Positions 49,714 through 62,729 of a stretch of 64,000 nucleotides of DNA are shown piece after piece. Both the position numbers and the translations under genes were made by a program. A model generated the notes under the pieces. It did not search any database. It saw nothing but the letters and a program-made list of their open reading frames with translations, and had not been told where the DNA came from. The stretch is from Anthoceros angustus (Eukaryota > Plantae > Anthocerotophyta). The DNA lies in NCBI GenBank assembly GCA_010909165.1, contig MU008158.1, positions 1,823,478 to 1,887,477 of the forward strand. The letters are read 5' to 3'. Positions within the stretch are counted from its first letter, which is position 1. Each line of letters opens with the position of its first letter.

Positions 49714-50880
49714 CTATTGACCCTCATTAGCAATAGCTCCCCATCCAAAACCTTCAATTGCACAGACCCGTTCGCATACACTACTACGACCCCATATACA
49801 CTACTACGACCTCGTAAGGAGTTGTCTTCCGATTGTCAAATATTGAAGTAGGAGGTGAGGGACTCAATCACGAGTTGAGGAAATGAATTCCCGTATCGCC
49901 GCCTTGCTTGGCTGCTTGCTTGCCTTGCCCCGCCTTGCTTGCCTTGCCCCGCCTTGCTTGCCTGCCTCGCGTCGCTACCCTGCATCGATTGCCCGGCCCA
50001 GTCGCCCGTCTCCAAACGCTTGCCTCAAACACGCCTATTTCAATCAAACAAATGGAGTATATTACGCACCTAATATTTCAGACGCAATAGGACGTTTTGA
50101 TTACTACGGGATGTCAGAAGGCAAACTTTTCAGGCTTCACAGGCCTCATGGGTAGGTGAAGCCTGCCAATACCACATTGACGCCATGCATCCGCTACATT
50201 TATGCAACCAGTGGTGGGTGTAAAACCGGTTTGAAGTGCCTATCCAATGCCCTTTGACCACATATACACCAATGGTCCAATGTAAAACCACCCTAAGAAC
50301 TTGAGAACTTTGTAATGTTGAGCTTCCGACACCCCGCTTTTATCTTGTGTGAAAGACTACTTAATTGTATCTCTACTGGTGAGTGCCGAAAAGCCTCTCT
50401 TTCGGCACTCTTAGACCCTAACGGACCCTAGGGCCGTGGCATGTGGGATATGTTTAATTTAGATAATGCCTTTCAAATACAAAGAGTAAAGTCTAACCTC
50501 CCACCTTTGCTATGTAGCATGCTGAGTTTGCCAATTTTCGATCATGCTAAGTTATGCCAAGTCCAACCTCCCCTCCTTGAAAGCATGTGAAACTGACCTT
50601 TTACCCAGCAGGGTCGGAAATCGAAAATTCAAGATTGGCCCAAACAGTAACACCCCTCACTGCGTAGCCAGTAAGGAAGCGACAAGTGCTGGCTTCCCAG
50701 CGGTCTAGGACCTCGGCAATTCACTCCACAAGAGACTTGCACGATTCTCAACGCTCTCAACCTCACAACACAGCACTAGGGTCCAAGTAGCCCGCCGTCC
50801 ACTGACGACTCGTAGACCACCTCCTCGAGGTGCTGCTCTTTATTGCAAGAATACAACAATGGAATCTGGCTATCTACGCC

Positions 50881-52450
50881 TGTGGAATGGGTTTTTGCAT
50901 CCGAAGACGCAAAGAGGCCGCATTTACCCTCTATGTCGTTATAGTCCTAGGATTCGATCCCAAGGGAATGGTTTTGTGTCAAGATGTTCTAAAACTATGG
51001 ACTCTAGTCCTACCACAATCAATCGCTACCCCCCCGTAACCAGCTACCATGCCCAAACCCACCACCGTGGAAGACTCGGCCACCACCGTGGGAGGTTCAA
51101 CCATCGTAGTGGCTGATTCAACCACTGTGGCGCCCGCGGCGCGCACTCGTGCCGCGGGAGATTATTTGTCCCCCGGCTTCTCTGGCGCGGTCCTTGGGGG
51201 TTATGGTCATGCACACACCTACATGTACTCTTACTTCTCTTCCAGGAATACCCGCAATCGGATCTTCTCCAAGGGTTATGCCCCACGACCTCGAACGCCG
51301 TGGCACCTCACTCCGCCGCTGGTTCCCCGGGATCTCACCCTTCACTCCCACTCTTTTCGATCATTCCACGTTTTCCCCAAACGCATACACAATCCCCTAC
51401 AGCGCACACTCGTCCGCCCTCCGGGGACCTCCCCCTCCACAAATAAATCCTCTCTCTCACAGGCCACACAGACCTCACCTCGGGCCACACAGACCTCACC
51501 TCGGGCCACACAGACCCCCCATGGAATAAAACACATTCTGGTGGCAGCCGTTGCCACCAGAATGTGTTTTATACCATGGGGGGTCCTTCCTTCCCAAACC
51601 GCTGCGGTTTGGGAAGGAAGGACAGGAAAGAAAACACTGGTCAGTACTTGGGCGATTTTGCGGCAGTCCCACCCTAGCCCTCCGGAAATTGCATTCTCCC
51701 TAAGATGCGATTCCTCACCGCTCACCACTCCCAGACGTGGAGCTTGGCCACTCCGCTCTCGACCGTCCAGGGATCTTCCCGGTCTTCTTATGACGAGAAG
51801 ACAGTGCATCGAACCAGTTTGATGCTGATCAGACGTCTCTAACCAACCTCGCGCGTAGGTCCAACACACGGAAGCTCACACCTGAAATTGTCTAACGAGA
51901 GAGACGCGAAGGGGTCTCTTGTACATCCAGCCGCGGAGCGCCAGAACTCACTTTTCCAGTGTCTAAAGATGGCTAACCTACCTCCAGTATCTAAAGATGG
52001 CTAACCTACCATGAGCGCGCCTACCAATTCGGGTATCTACAGGTTCACAGGCTTTCCTAGCACCTTATCCTCTAATCCAAGTGAGAGCCCCTGACCTATG
52101 ATGCTGCCCCCCTCTAAAATCAGCTACTCACTGCTTTGCCTAGCCCTGCGGCCCATGGGTGTTCCCCTCGCTCTCCTACCACGCCTCTGATCCGAAAGAT
52201 TCTCCAGAGGTGCCAGCGTCTCCACTTGTTCCTGGGCTCGTGAAATTTCATTCTGGAGCTCCTCATTCGTCGCATGCGCCTCCTTCACTTAACTTCACTG
52301 CAGTCCCGCCCGGTTGCCGAACTTCAGCTCGCCTGGACCCTTGAAATCTCGCAGAGTCAATGTACCAAGGTGCGGTCTTCTTCCAATTGCGCTCCAACTC
52401 TGCTAGTGCTCAGCTCACTGTCAACCCCGGCTCCGCAACTAGGGTTGTTA
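50881..52450 (-). mobile_element. ~1.57-kb retrotransposon 3' LTR with adjacent polypurine tract
   Basis: Minus strand: PPT AGGGGGGAGA (52451-52460), then TAACAACCCTAGTTGCGG..., ending ...CCCATTCCACA at 50881. Same family as 15675-19569. Confidence 0.7.
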
Positions 52451-52794
52451 TCTCCCCCCTGGCCTGTATCTGTACGTTCCATATTCGGCCATTGTTGTGG
52501 AACTAGCCACCTCCCCACTTCCCTGTGCCACTGTTGCTGAATGAAGGATCCCCCACCTTATATAGACAGTTTTTATTCCTAAAAATCCCAAGGTCCAGGG
52601 ACCTTCTAGCCTGGCCTGACATTCACAGGTTCGAGGTCCAAGGACTAAAAAGTAATATTGTCATGGGCCAAGGACCACTTTCACTATAAAAGGCCTTGCC
52701 TCGGACATTATTTCCTAAGCACTCCATCACACAAAACATAAGAAAAACAAAAAAGAACATTCAAACCAACAGTCCAGGGGACGGTTAGTGTACA

Positions 52795-53138
52795 TGTGGT
52801 CTTCCACAACGCCCAACTGGCTACTGCCCTTGATTCCATGACAAGCTCACTAGCTAGCTCTCCACAGCTCTCTCAACACAAGGCTTGCAACGCACACTTG
52901 CCTGCTCTCTGGAAGAGTGAGTCCCACTTGTTCCTCAAAGCCCTTGCTCTAGCCCTTATATATCCACTGACCTTAACTAGGCGGTGTTAAATCTAGGGAT
53001 TCTTACAGACCACTAATCACTAAGAGTCCTCTCTAGGCAGCTCTTCATTTGTGGCTGTAGCAATTCCTCTCTAACAAGAGATTGCATGAAGTATGCAACA
53101 TATGCATCTTCTTAACATGCCAGCTACTAACTTAGCTT
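52795..53138 (-). mobile_element. Distal part of the 3' LTR of the Gypsy element at 62730-64000, separated from it by the DNA transposon insertion
   Basis: Rejoining across the GCTT TSD gives a continuous LTR-like sequence with TATATAAGG (52955-52963, minus) ending ...GAAGACCACA. Confidence 0.55.
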
Positions 53139-53171
53139 AACACCATAATATTTGAAGCGGCTGAATATACA
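53139..53171 (+). repeat. Left TIR
   Basis: AACACCATAATATTTGAAGCGGCTGAATATACA = exact reverse complement of 62697-62729. Confidence 0.95.
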
Positions 53172-53469
53172 AACCCTCTTCCGCAAATCAGAAACCCTCA
53201 TGTTCAAATCTTGACAGTACCTATAATACATGATTAAGCATGATTTGATTCTAAGGGGATGGGTGTTATGTCATCTCAATGCAATTTCCGCATTAGTTAA
53301 ATCGCCTCTAGTTATGGTGGTTGCCTTGAAATAGGCGTTTTGGACGAAGCCGTTAAAGGCTTTTGAAGGTGAAGGCGCGCATGCGCATGCGCCCACCGCT
53401 CAAATCGTTACACATAAAACTTTCAACCCATGAAACAAAGAAATCGTACCTACTCGCATCACAAAACAA

Positions 53470-56400
53470 GGCTGGGACTCAGGCACCGCCTGACACGCCA
53501 TCCATGACTACTTCTACGGTCTTGACGCGCATGATCTGGGTCTTCAAAGTTGTCGTTCTCCTCCATGATATTTCACGTGTCCGAGGAGCCACCTCCACAA
53601 CGATGGCTTGTCTGCTGGAGGCCACACCGTGTCCAATGTTTGCTGCCCAACGTCAAGGATCTCTGATCGGCGCTTTCCTCCTGGAAGACCCCAAAGAAAC
53701 AACTTGAGCTTGTGACAAACCTTTTTCCGACAATGTCACTTCTTTAGCCTGAATCGGACCACGGCGGTGAGGCTCGTGGGTCAACTCCTCATCGGCGTCC
53801 GCAAAACTTCATATCCATGGATCCTCCGATGTATGAACTCTGCGCGTTGTCCACATCCACGGAATGCAATTCCGACCGCATAGGAGAGCGACCATCGTTG
53901 TCGATCCACTTCGCACATGCGTCTAAAATCCAATCTCCTCCTTCGAGAAGTTTTTGATGATTCTCATCATCAGGCCCAATGGCCTCTGATACGCACACAC
54001 CACCAGTTTATCGAGGGATGTGTATAGCAGCTTCTTCACGACAGTGTCATGCCCAATGACTGCACGTCCGTTGTTGAAGGAACCCTGGACATTATTGGGG
54101 AGCATGGAAATTTTGGCCAGCCTGCTGTGCGATGTTAAGCCCCACCCAACTGTAATGTATTCCACAGTGTCGTAGCCCCCTAGGTCGTTCTGCATATTAG
54201 TCTTGTCCCATACAAATGACACCAACCCTCCCCCAGTGCACCACTTCCGCATTGCCTCCCTCACTGTGTGGTGCTCCTCCACACCGTGCATGACTATCAT
54301 CCGTATCTCATCGCAACTTGTCATATCATGGAAAGCATGGAAAACCGCATACCGCCGCAGCCATAGTGACATCATGTTTTCCTTGTTAAATCCTCGGGGC
54401 ACATCCATGACCATCAATGTGTATTTCGAATCCAGAAGCCCCTCATGTCAACGATATCCCTTGCCATAACTGGTACTTCACAATATTCTCTGTTCGAACT
54501 GTGAAAGATTGCAGGCCTTCTTCCATGTCCATGTCCGCCATAGCCCTCTGCTCCTCCTCCAAGCCTTTCCAAGTGTGCACTTCAAGCACAAAAGCTTGAA
54601 AAGCGTCAGTAGTTTCTTCAGTCATCCACATCCTTTACTTGTCAGAACGACAAAGATTATGTCAATATAGCAGACGGACATTCAATGGAAGGACATTCCT
54701 CACGGGACAAAGGCATATTGGAAGATGGCGGGCGCCGGCATGCGGCGCCGATCGTCGCCATTCTGAGACAACTCGAATGGGAGGCGTGGCGCCGGCATGC
54801 CGCCATTAAGAGTCCTCAAGTCTATCACGGACTTGGAGGCTGCTGGACCGGGCGCCGGCATGCGGCGCCGGCATGCGGCGCCCCATTCGGCAACGAAGTG
54901 CGAGAGCACCGGGCGCCGCATGCGCGCCGGCGCCGCCCGCATCTGCTTCGAATGGGAGGCGGCGGCATGCGGCGTCGATGCCCCTCAGGAAAGCAAACCG
55001 AGGTGGGCGGCATGCCCTCTCTGCTAACAGAATGGAGGATAAAAGACACCTACCTTTCCCTCAAACGCCGTTTGAAATCTTGCGATGACCTCGTCCGTAG
55101 AGTGTTGAGGATATTCTTGCCGGACTTGGTCGAATGAGTCACACCCCAAGTGTTTGGCCATCGCCACCTGAATCACATGAAACTTCTTCCTCAGGGTGAT
55201 TTCCTTCGCCATCCCATTGAGGTCCAGAAGCCGTCAAAACCTTCTCTGTTGCACTTATCAACATTTGTTGCCCACTTTCCCCAGGTGGGATGCCTTGAAA
55301 ACTCCTCCAAGGCTTGCCTTGCATCTCTTTAGGCTTCAACAATGCGCCATCCCCTGCCTTCGGGTCATCAGTGACTTTACGTTTGCCCTTGCTCTTCTTG
55401 CTTGTGCCTGCTGCAACATGTTTCGCCTGTTCCGGCAACTCCATGGACTCCCACTTGCTGAATATCTTGTCCACATTCGCCCACACTTTGCCTTCCAACC
55501 GAGATGCATAGAATGTGGGTCCTGTTGTCTACCTTGTTCTGCTTTATCCGCTCCCTCGCGGCCTTCGTCGTCGATCGCCCAAGCACCTTGTACAAGTTGA
55601 ATTTCCAGTTCATGGTCATGTTGATACCATCCCTCTTCGCGATTTGCAGCTCATCTCTCAAATACCTCACCTGCTCAATAAAATTCATCTTCCGCCTCTT
55701 GTCGGACATGGTGTTGTGGTCAGTGGCTAAGACTCTCATTTCCGGAATAGTCAGACCACAATACACATGAGCCTCAATCCACTGGAGGCTTGCCTTCCCG
55801 AGTGATATGTCCGCAAGGTGTCTTTGCATTGCATATGTATGGTTTCCTCAAGCACTCCCATCACATATTTTTAGCCACGAACTTCGCCAATCCAAATGAC
55901 TTGATATCATTGCATTACGGATCAATCATGCAAAGCGAGGCAAGACTCCTTCCTCGATTCTCCCTTTGAAATCACCACAGCTAGGTAGTTCGTCAAGCCT
56001 CGTCCACTTTTCGGATCCGGGCATGAGTCGGAAAGAAGCGGTCTCAAGTATTCCAAACCAACCGGTTTAACCACTTTCTTCCCATATGCGGCTTCTCTAA
56101 TCTTCAAATAATCCTCATCCAACGACGCCTCAACCTTTCTTCATCGATCGACACATGAAGTGTAGGAATATCTTGGATGGCGATGGCTTGCCCATCATTG
56201 TGCCTTTCTTCCTCCCCATGGTATGCGCTGGTTCCCCTCGCTCGATCACATCCGCGGGTGCTGCTGCCTGTAACATCCGAGGATACTCGGGCACCACCTG
56301 TATAACATCATGGGCGCCGCATGCCGCGCCTTCTTCCTCCCGGCCGTCCGCACTGCGCTGACGCTGCATGCCCACTGCCCCTTCCTCCTACCGGCTGTTC

Positions 56401-57500
56401 CCACTCCCACATGACCCTTGGTTGGCTCCGATTCCAAAGACCTGCGTCTCCATATGTCGGGTGCCGCTTTCCCATGAAGGCACATCAGGCGCCGGCATGC
56501 CGGCGCCTTCTTCGACCGCTTGTCCAGCAAAACCAAGACACTTGGGGTGCCCACCACGCATGGCATGGAGGGCGCCGGCATGCGCCCTCTCCCCCTCCTC
56601 GTCGTCCCGGCGTATGCTGCAGGCTGTGAGCCGGAGGTTCGAGAAAGTCCATGATGATATCCGCCTCCTTCATGCATCTTCCTTCGGACCCGCCCGCATC
56701 CATTGTCCAGTACATCCGGTATAGGGCCATCTTCCTCGTCGGGAGCCCGCTCGCATCAACATGAGGAGGGTATCGGTCCTCAATTGCGAACTCGGCGGCT
56801 CTTGTTCTTCGGAAAGACATCTCCCTCCTGTGATTAATCACAGACTCTGTGATGACCCCACAGAGGCATCTGTAGAACAGTCTTCCTGGCTGCAAACAAT
56901 AGTGTTGAAATGTCAGATATCAGGATGGGGGAGGAAAGGTGCGAAGTGAATTTGAAGGCCTAAGTGGCCACTGACCGGTTTCCGCGTAGGCTTTCTCGAA
57001 ATTGCATTGCCAGCTCCTTTGGTTCACATTTCTTCGCTTGAAAGCCATCTATCCTGAAGAGGAACACCTTGTAATCATCTGGGGTGTGCGGCAAATTATC
57101 AACGCCATAGGGTCTTGATGTGCAGAGCACTTGCACCTCCGGATGCAATGTGTCCATCTCCAAACTTGCCCACAATACCCATCCGGCTCTTGAGCATTGG
57201 GCGAGCCCTGTAGCTGTAACCCACAACTTCAACAGGGGGGTCCAGATTGCCCCATCTTCCTGTGGCTCACTTGCAGGTTAGAAACCATTCTTTGTCCAAT
57301 GCCGCAGCTTTCCTCAACTGGCTTGTGTGTCTCCGCAGTAGCACTGTCTCCTCATACGTGTATGGCGATGGATTGGGCTCTGGGGTGCTCTTCTTTTTGC
57401 TCCGAGACATTCCACTCTTCTCCTCTGTTCCTCCATGCGCTTTGGTGCTGCTGTCTTTTGCTGAATTCAGAGACCCAGCCTTCCGAACACCCTGTACAGG
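53470..57500 (-). pseudogene. Transposon cargo gene, copy B (ParB/Srx-like GGNH domain + N4/N6 MTase), fragmented
   Basis: TSRPYG..DDYKVFL, MSFRRTRA, DEDYLKIREAAY, KYVMGVL(G)GNHTYAMQRH (~55815-55875), KMNFIEQVRYLRDELQIAKR, VWANVDKIFSKWESMELPEQAKHV, MTase, ENDNFEDPD; colinear with copy A. 5' limit approximate. Confidence 0.7.
53790..54420 (-). pseudogene. Beta-class N4/N6 DNA methyltransferase domain, copy B
   Basis: LMVMDVPRGFN...SFVWDKTN..VEYITVG...YQRPLGLMMRIIKNFSKE (ORF 53923-54417), then after single-base slips GDWILDACA(G)SGSTTMVALLCGRNCI.VDVD. Confidence 0.8.
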
Positions 57501-58399
57501 AGTTAAAAAGCACGGGAAAAGATGGATTCAGTTGACACCAACATGCCCTGGAAAAACGCTCACCGGCAATGGAGATTCGGCAACGCATCTCCCGCGCCTT
57601 CTTCGCCTTCACCACAATCCGGGGTTGTCGGCATGCCCAGTCTTTCTTGCTACGCCGTCCACTCGCCATAATCCGCACTTAATCGTGAACGCACACTGTG
57701 GCCGTGAGTTGGAGCAAAAGCGATTGCCACAATACCTTCGATTTCGCCCGATGATCGCCTCTAGCCCATGCGTCGCGCCAATCGCCCACCAGATGGGATT
57801 AGCGCCGAATTGGGCGAGTTGCGCCAAGGTGCCAGGCCGCGATGGTGTGCTTCCGCTGTGGATTACGCCCGCCAGCCCTCCGTGAGCACTCCGTCGAGCT
57901 TCACCTGCAAGAAACGCGTATGACGGGGCTCCTCTCGAAGTTATACCCTTTTTAGAAGCGGACATCCGTAAGAAACCCTAATGTGGTGACGGCCGTCGAA
58001 ATATAGACCACTGCCAATATTTAAACCCCAATACCTGTCTTATTTATACGGATATGACACTATCTCGATCATTACATCGTTATATCACAATAAATGCAAT
58101 CTATTTTCACTGGATATCCTCGCCGCCACCGAACCATCGATGCAATGGCGGCGGCGGGTGAGTCGGTAGGCATGTCTTATGCCCTCTTAATTGAATAGCG
58201 CCGGTGTTGGGGCGGCAATAAGAGGGAGGTTTGGGTGGTTGAAGACCCATCCGGTATGTTCCAAGCTTGATGTTCGTTGCGCTTTTGCCGATCGTCTAAG
58301 TCGCCAAGATGCGCATTCTATCCATGGCTTGGACGAGGATGAGGTATTCTCTGAAGTCGACCTGGTGATCATTTACGCTACGAATGTGGAAAGTCATTG

Positions 58400-61300
58400 C
58401 ACGTCTGCTTTGTTCTAACGCTCCGTTGCGGAGGTCCTTGTTCATGGAGTCCGTGGGTGCAACAAGGTCCCTTCTCATTCATGCAGAGAAGAAGAAGGTC
58501 TTGGAAGGACGGAAGGAACTCAGCGGCACCATCGCTACGCCCTAACTCAAGCCCGCACTCCCTACTAGAAGGTCATTTCTTTGATACCCACTCCATGCCT
58601 TTGCAAGACCAAATGTCACAATGGCTGGATCCGTGTATGGTTCACATTTTCTTGTTTGACTTGAATAGCAAGGTGTCACAAACGCGTAGAAATGGTGCTT
58701 AATCGTGCTTTGTTCCATGGGATGAAACCGATGGTCTTCCTTTGCGGGGCTAGGAGAACACACGCATCGACCAATGTAGGAATACACAGATTTGCCACCT
58801 ACTCCCGGAACTTGAATAGGTGTGTGTGGGTGGAAGCCTGTGTCGGAGGGAGAAAGGTCGTCGACAAATCCAGCCTCCCAAGGGATCGGATCGGATGTCG
58901 CGCGCGTAACACCATGGTGGGCGGCAGTTCATTCCGTTGATGTGCCGCATACACCTCGGAGGAAGCGAAATGGTGTCTCTTATCACCGCGATGAGTCGAC
59001 AATGCGTGAGACGAATGTTTTGCCGATTCAAAGAGGCGCGCAGTGTCTCTTCTGGAAACCCAGCGGCCGTGATGGCGACGGCCATCTTGCCGCAACAAGT
59101 TGTGTCTTCCTATTTTGTCAAGGGATGGTCTTGAGCAGAGGACAAGGTTCTTGAGGCTAGGCAGCAGAGAGTTATTCCTTCAATCTCTTGTTAGACCGGA
59201 TGTGAATGCCAAATGCGAGACAAGGTTGTCACCTACATTATGGGAGAGCCCCGCGCTGTTGTTCTGAAAGCATTTCGTCGAGTTCTCGCATAGGCTCGCA
59301 AGATACGACGAGTTGAAGAGTGGTCTGAACGCACCTTGGGATGGGGCCAAGCAATCCTCGTGTGCAATCCTCACATGCTCTTCGCGATCGCGTGGATGGA
59401 CTCAACATTTCTTGTTGGCGAAAGGTTGCCCAACGTTGAAGTGTACAACCTTCCGGACACATTCACTAAACTTGAGGTTTGGAATCGATTATCACCGACA
59501 TGGAACAAGTGGGCTGCGGTTTGTGTCATATGCATATTTCCGAGGCTATGGACGAGAAAATTTTAAGAGGGTGAAAATTCAAGTCCAACGGTTTCGACAT
59601 GCGCGCGTGGTTGAAGTACAACATCCGAGTACGGGTCATCGGATTGATCAAGGTATACCGTTCTCCGTCATTTCGCATAGAATCTTGTAATAGGTATCAT
59701 ACTCTTCCGGAGAGCTAACCCTCTAACGTAGCCGCCGTAGATGCAAAGGCGAATCACCGCCCTAGCTTCCACGGCGAGCCCATGTTGGAGCCATGGAATG
59801 AAGGGCGACAGATGCCGGTTTGAGGAAGTGCGCCGACGCAGCGCCGAGAGACCGGGCGTGGCCGGAGGGCGGCGCTGCATGCCGGCGATGCCAAGTCCGG
59901 GGCCGGGAGAGGGGCCGAGTGCCGCGCCTCTAGGGCGCCGATGCGTCTGGAGGCGCATGCCTCGCCGCAGCCGCACGCGATGGGCGCGGAAGTGCGGCGC
60001 CGGCCGCCCCTACCCACCGGTCGGCGCCCCGACCGGATGGGAGGCCGGCAGCCGGCCGGTCGGGCCGGTGCGCACCCACGGCTCACCGGGCATTCAGCGC
60101 ACCGGATGGGGGCCGGCGGCGTCGATGGGCGCGGGCACCCACCGGCCGCGGCATCCACACCGGATGGGAGGCCGGCAGCGGGCGCCGAGCGCGCCGACCC
60201 ACCGGCACGGCCCTACATCCGACGGATGGGAGGGCGCAGCGGCGCCCGGTCGGCGGCGGCGGCATGCCGCGCCTCGGTTATAGGCCGCCAAGAGTCTCTC
60301 GCATAGTTGCACACCGGATGGGGCGCGAGCCTTCCTCCGCCTGTCATGCCTATGCCGTGAATGATATTGGCACGCGGGTGCCTCGATGACATGTTTCCGC
60401 ATGGTTGGGGAATAAAATGTTTGTATTTTTGAATGGGCTAACCCATTGTGGAACTAACTCATTGTCCTTTCTAATCGGTTCGGTCTTGTGTTTAGCGATG
60501 TATATCGACGCTTTAAATAAACATCGAACAATTGATGAACGAGAGGAAGAAGTTGATGAAGCATCGCACTAAAAGCCGTCTCTAAATACATATTACTATG
60601 CATTGATGGATGGAAGAAGACGAGTTGCCGCATATTTTGAGATGGTCAAGGACTCAAGGAGGATCGCTGCATAGCACCACAGGGCTGCATGGTACACAAT
60701 TATACTTTGAAAGCCGGGCGTATCTCACTTTGCGAACTGAGGAATGATGCAAACTTGACTATTGCTATTATTCGTGACGTTATCCACACGTATAATGGGT
60801 TCCTTCCGAAAATTCTATATTTGCTGGATAACACATGCCGGGAGAATAAGAACCAGCTTTTATGCACCTCAATATGCTTGTTGAGGTGGGCACCTTTGAA
60901 AAGGTGAAGGTCGGATTTCTCCTCGAGGGCATACACACGACCAAGTGGACCAGATGTTCTCTTGCTTTTCTAAACATCCAAGCACAAGGAGGTGAAAACC
61001 CTACCTATGGATGGAACCTTGATAAGCAACAGATACGCCCAACCCGGAGGTTCGGTGTTGACCGAGGTTCCGATTTTGACGTATGTCCGGCCTATAACAA
61101 AGGGCGGGATATCAAGATAAGGCGCAGTGAAACAATTGAACAATCTATCGCTTTCAACATCGTTCAAAATCACACGAGAGGAGAAATCGAATCGTGGAAA
61201 GTAGATCCGAGTAAGCGTGATTCAACCTCTCCTCGTGGGAGTCAAGATGGCTTGGAGTTCTCGACGTTTGTTCCACAATGATATTAGCCCGGCACCTTTG

Positions 61301-62250
61301 ATGGCGCCCAAGCCAAGGACAAAAGAGGTGGTGTTGCGGGGATGACGCTATTCAGGGGTTGCTTACATGGAAAGGAATGCTAAATCTACCAACATATGTC
61401 AATGAGAAGAAGAACAATGGTGGACAATGTTCGAAGGATCGAGGAGATTGCATGTATCGAGACAACAATATTGGTCTTGTCTGGAAAAACCATGGAAGTG
61501 GTAATGACAGAAAGCCGACGAACTCACTCCACCTCCGTGGGGGGTTGTTGTTCTAGATGAAGCATTGTTATGGAGATTCCCCAAAGGGACATGTACTTAG
61601 GACCCCACCGTGGTGATCGTCAAGGACAAGAGTGTGAAAGGATGAATGGGGATATCATGGAGATAGAGAAAGGCATGTTCATTATAACGCCTTGTGAGGG
61701 TGACATACACAATGAGCTTTCGGCTCGCAAAGGTTGTGGAAGTCCATTTCACCCGATCCTTACTTACTTGTGCATTGGTGGAGGATGACCACAGACGATA
61801 CGAAGGGAAGTATATGGCGGAAGTCATCCTCGAGTTGAGAACAAGGCCACACCCGAAAAGGAAGAGGGCAAACAACACAATCCACCTAATATACGTGTTA
61901 TTCGCTCGGAAAACGTTATCGCTTATTATGGGTTCAAGCCGAACGCAAGGAAACATCAGACGCCGACAAGAAAGCGATCAAAGAGAAGATGAGTGCTCTG
62001 AGCCCACCTCAAGCCTCGCAACCCCGGATGGTGTAATGGATGCGATGAATCAGCGACGGCCGACATATCTGGCGGGAGGACTCGAGTCAGCGAGGAATGA
62101 TCGGAATATGTGCCTTGTTCCGAACGGGTTTGCAAGGTGCCTTGTCCACGCCCACTGGAGGAAGCAACTTTTGTTCATTTTGTATGTTCGCGATCCCCGT
62201 CGGCAAATGACTAGTCCTCTAAGGCCGCATGCGCTTAAACTGCTTTGAAG
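58400..62250 (+). pseudogene. Sola/DUF7869-like DDE transposase, copy B (fragmented, intron-like GC block at ~59710-60420)
   Basis: Cys-rich 'SCRNKLCLPILSRDGLEQRTRFLRLG', 'PNVEVYNLP', catalytic-type 'LRNDANLTIAII..LY/LDNTCRENKN..VKVGFLL.G/HTHDQVDQMFS' (60735-60965), and a C-terminal 'GMFIITP..FRLAKVVEV' segment. Confidence 0.75.
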
Positions 62251-62696
62251 AAGTGAGTCCTGTTGGCATCGAAAGTCATTCAACGCGCGCACACGCCCGC
62301 TCGACAAGTCCTTCTGGGCGGACGTGCGCCGGCATGCCGCCGGATCGTTTCTTCCGCTCGTCCTTTTAACCCTATCGTTGTTCAAAACCTCGTCCACCAT
62401 GTGCATATATGGGTGTATAGCAAGAGAGTATACATATGTGTACGCATTCCTCCAAAGGGGCCCTGTGGGTCGCTCGGTCATTAACGGATCCTAATCGTAT
62501 CGCATGGTCTAAGGACATGGGCATCGTTTCTAGCAAAAACAATGCTCGTGCGATTAGGCGCTTCCCTTCTGTGCGTCATATAGCATGTATAGGCGGTCAC
62601 GACACCCTTATTCATGCCATCTTCGTGTATGCTCAAATATGGCTGCCGATACCCATCGAAAACCACGTTGCCGTCAGATATTCAGGTGCCGCTTCA

Positions 62697-62729
62697 TGTA
62701 TATTCAGCCGCTTCAAATATTATGGTGTT
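62697..62729 (-). repeat. Right TIR
   Basis: TGTATATTCAGCCGCTTCAAATATTATGGTGTT, preceded by a subterminal partial repeat TATTCAGGTGCCGCTTCA. Confidence 0.95.

Larger units (their letters stand above)
53139..62729 (+). mobile_element. Complete 9,591-bp TIR DNA transposon (copy B) carrying a ParB-like/N4-N6 DNA methyltransferase cargo gene
   Basis: Perfect 33-bp TIRs (53139-53171 and 62697-62729), 4-bp TSD GCTT (53135-53138 and 62730-62733), internal DDE-type transposase and divergent MTase gene. Confidence 0.9.

Noticed and set aside
50381-50421. Helitron 3' terminus (hairpin + CTAG)
   Set aside because: CTAG is followed by G rather than T, and no 5' TC end or Rep/helicase was found; mentioned only as a possibility for the chimera.
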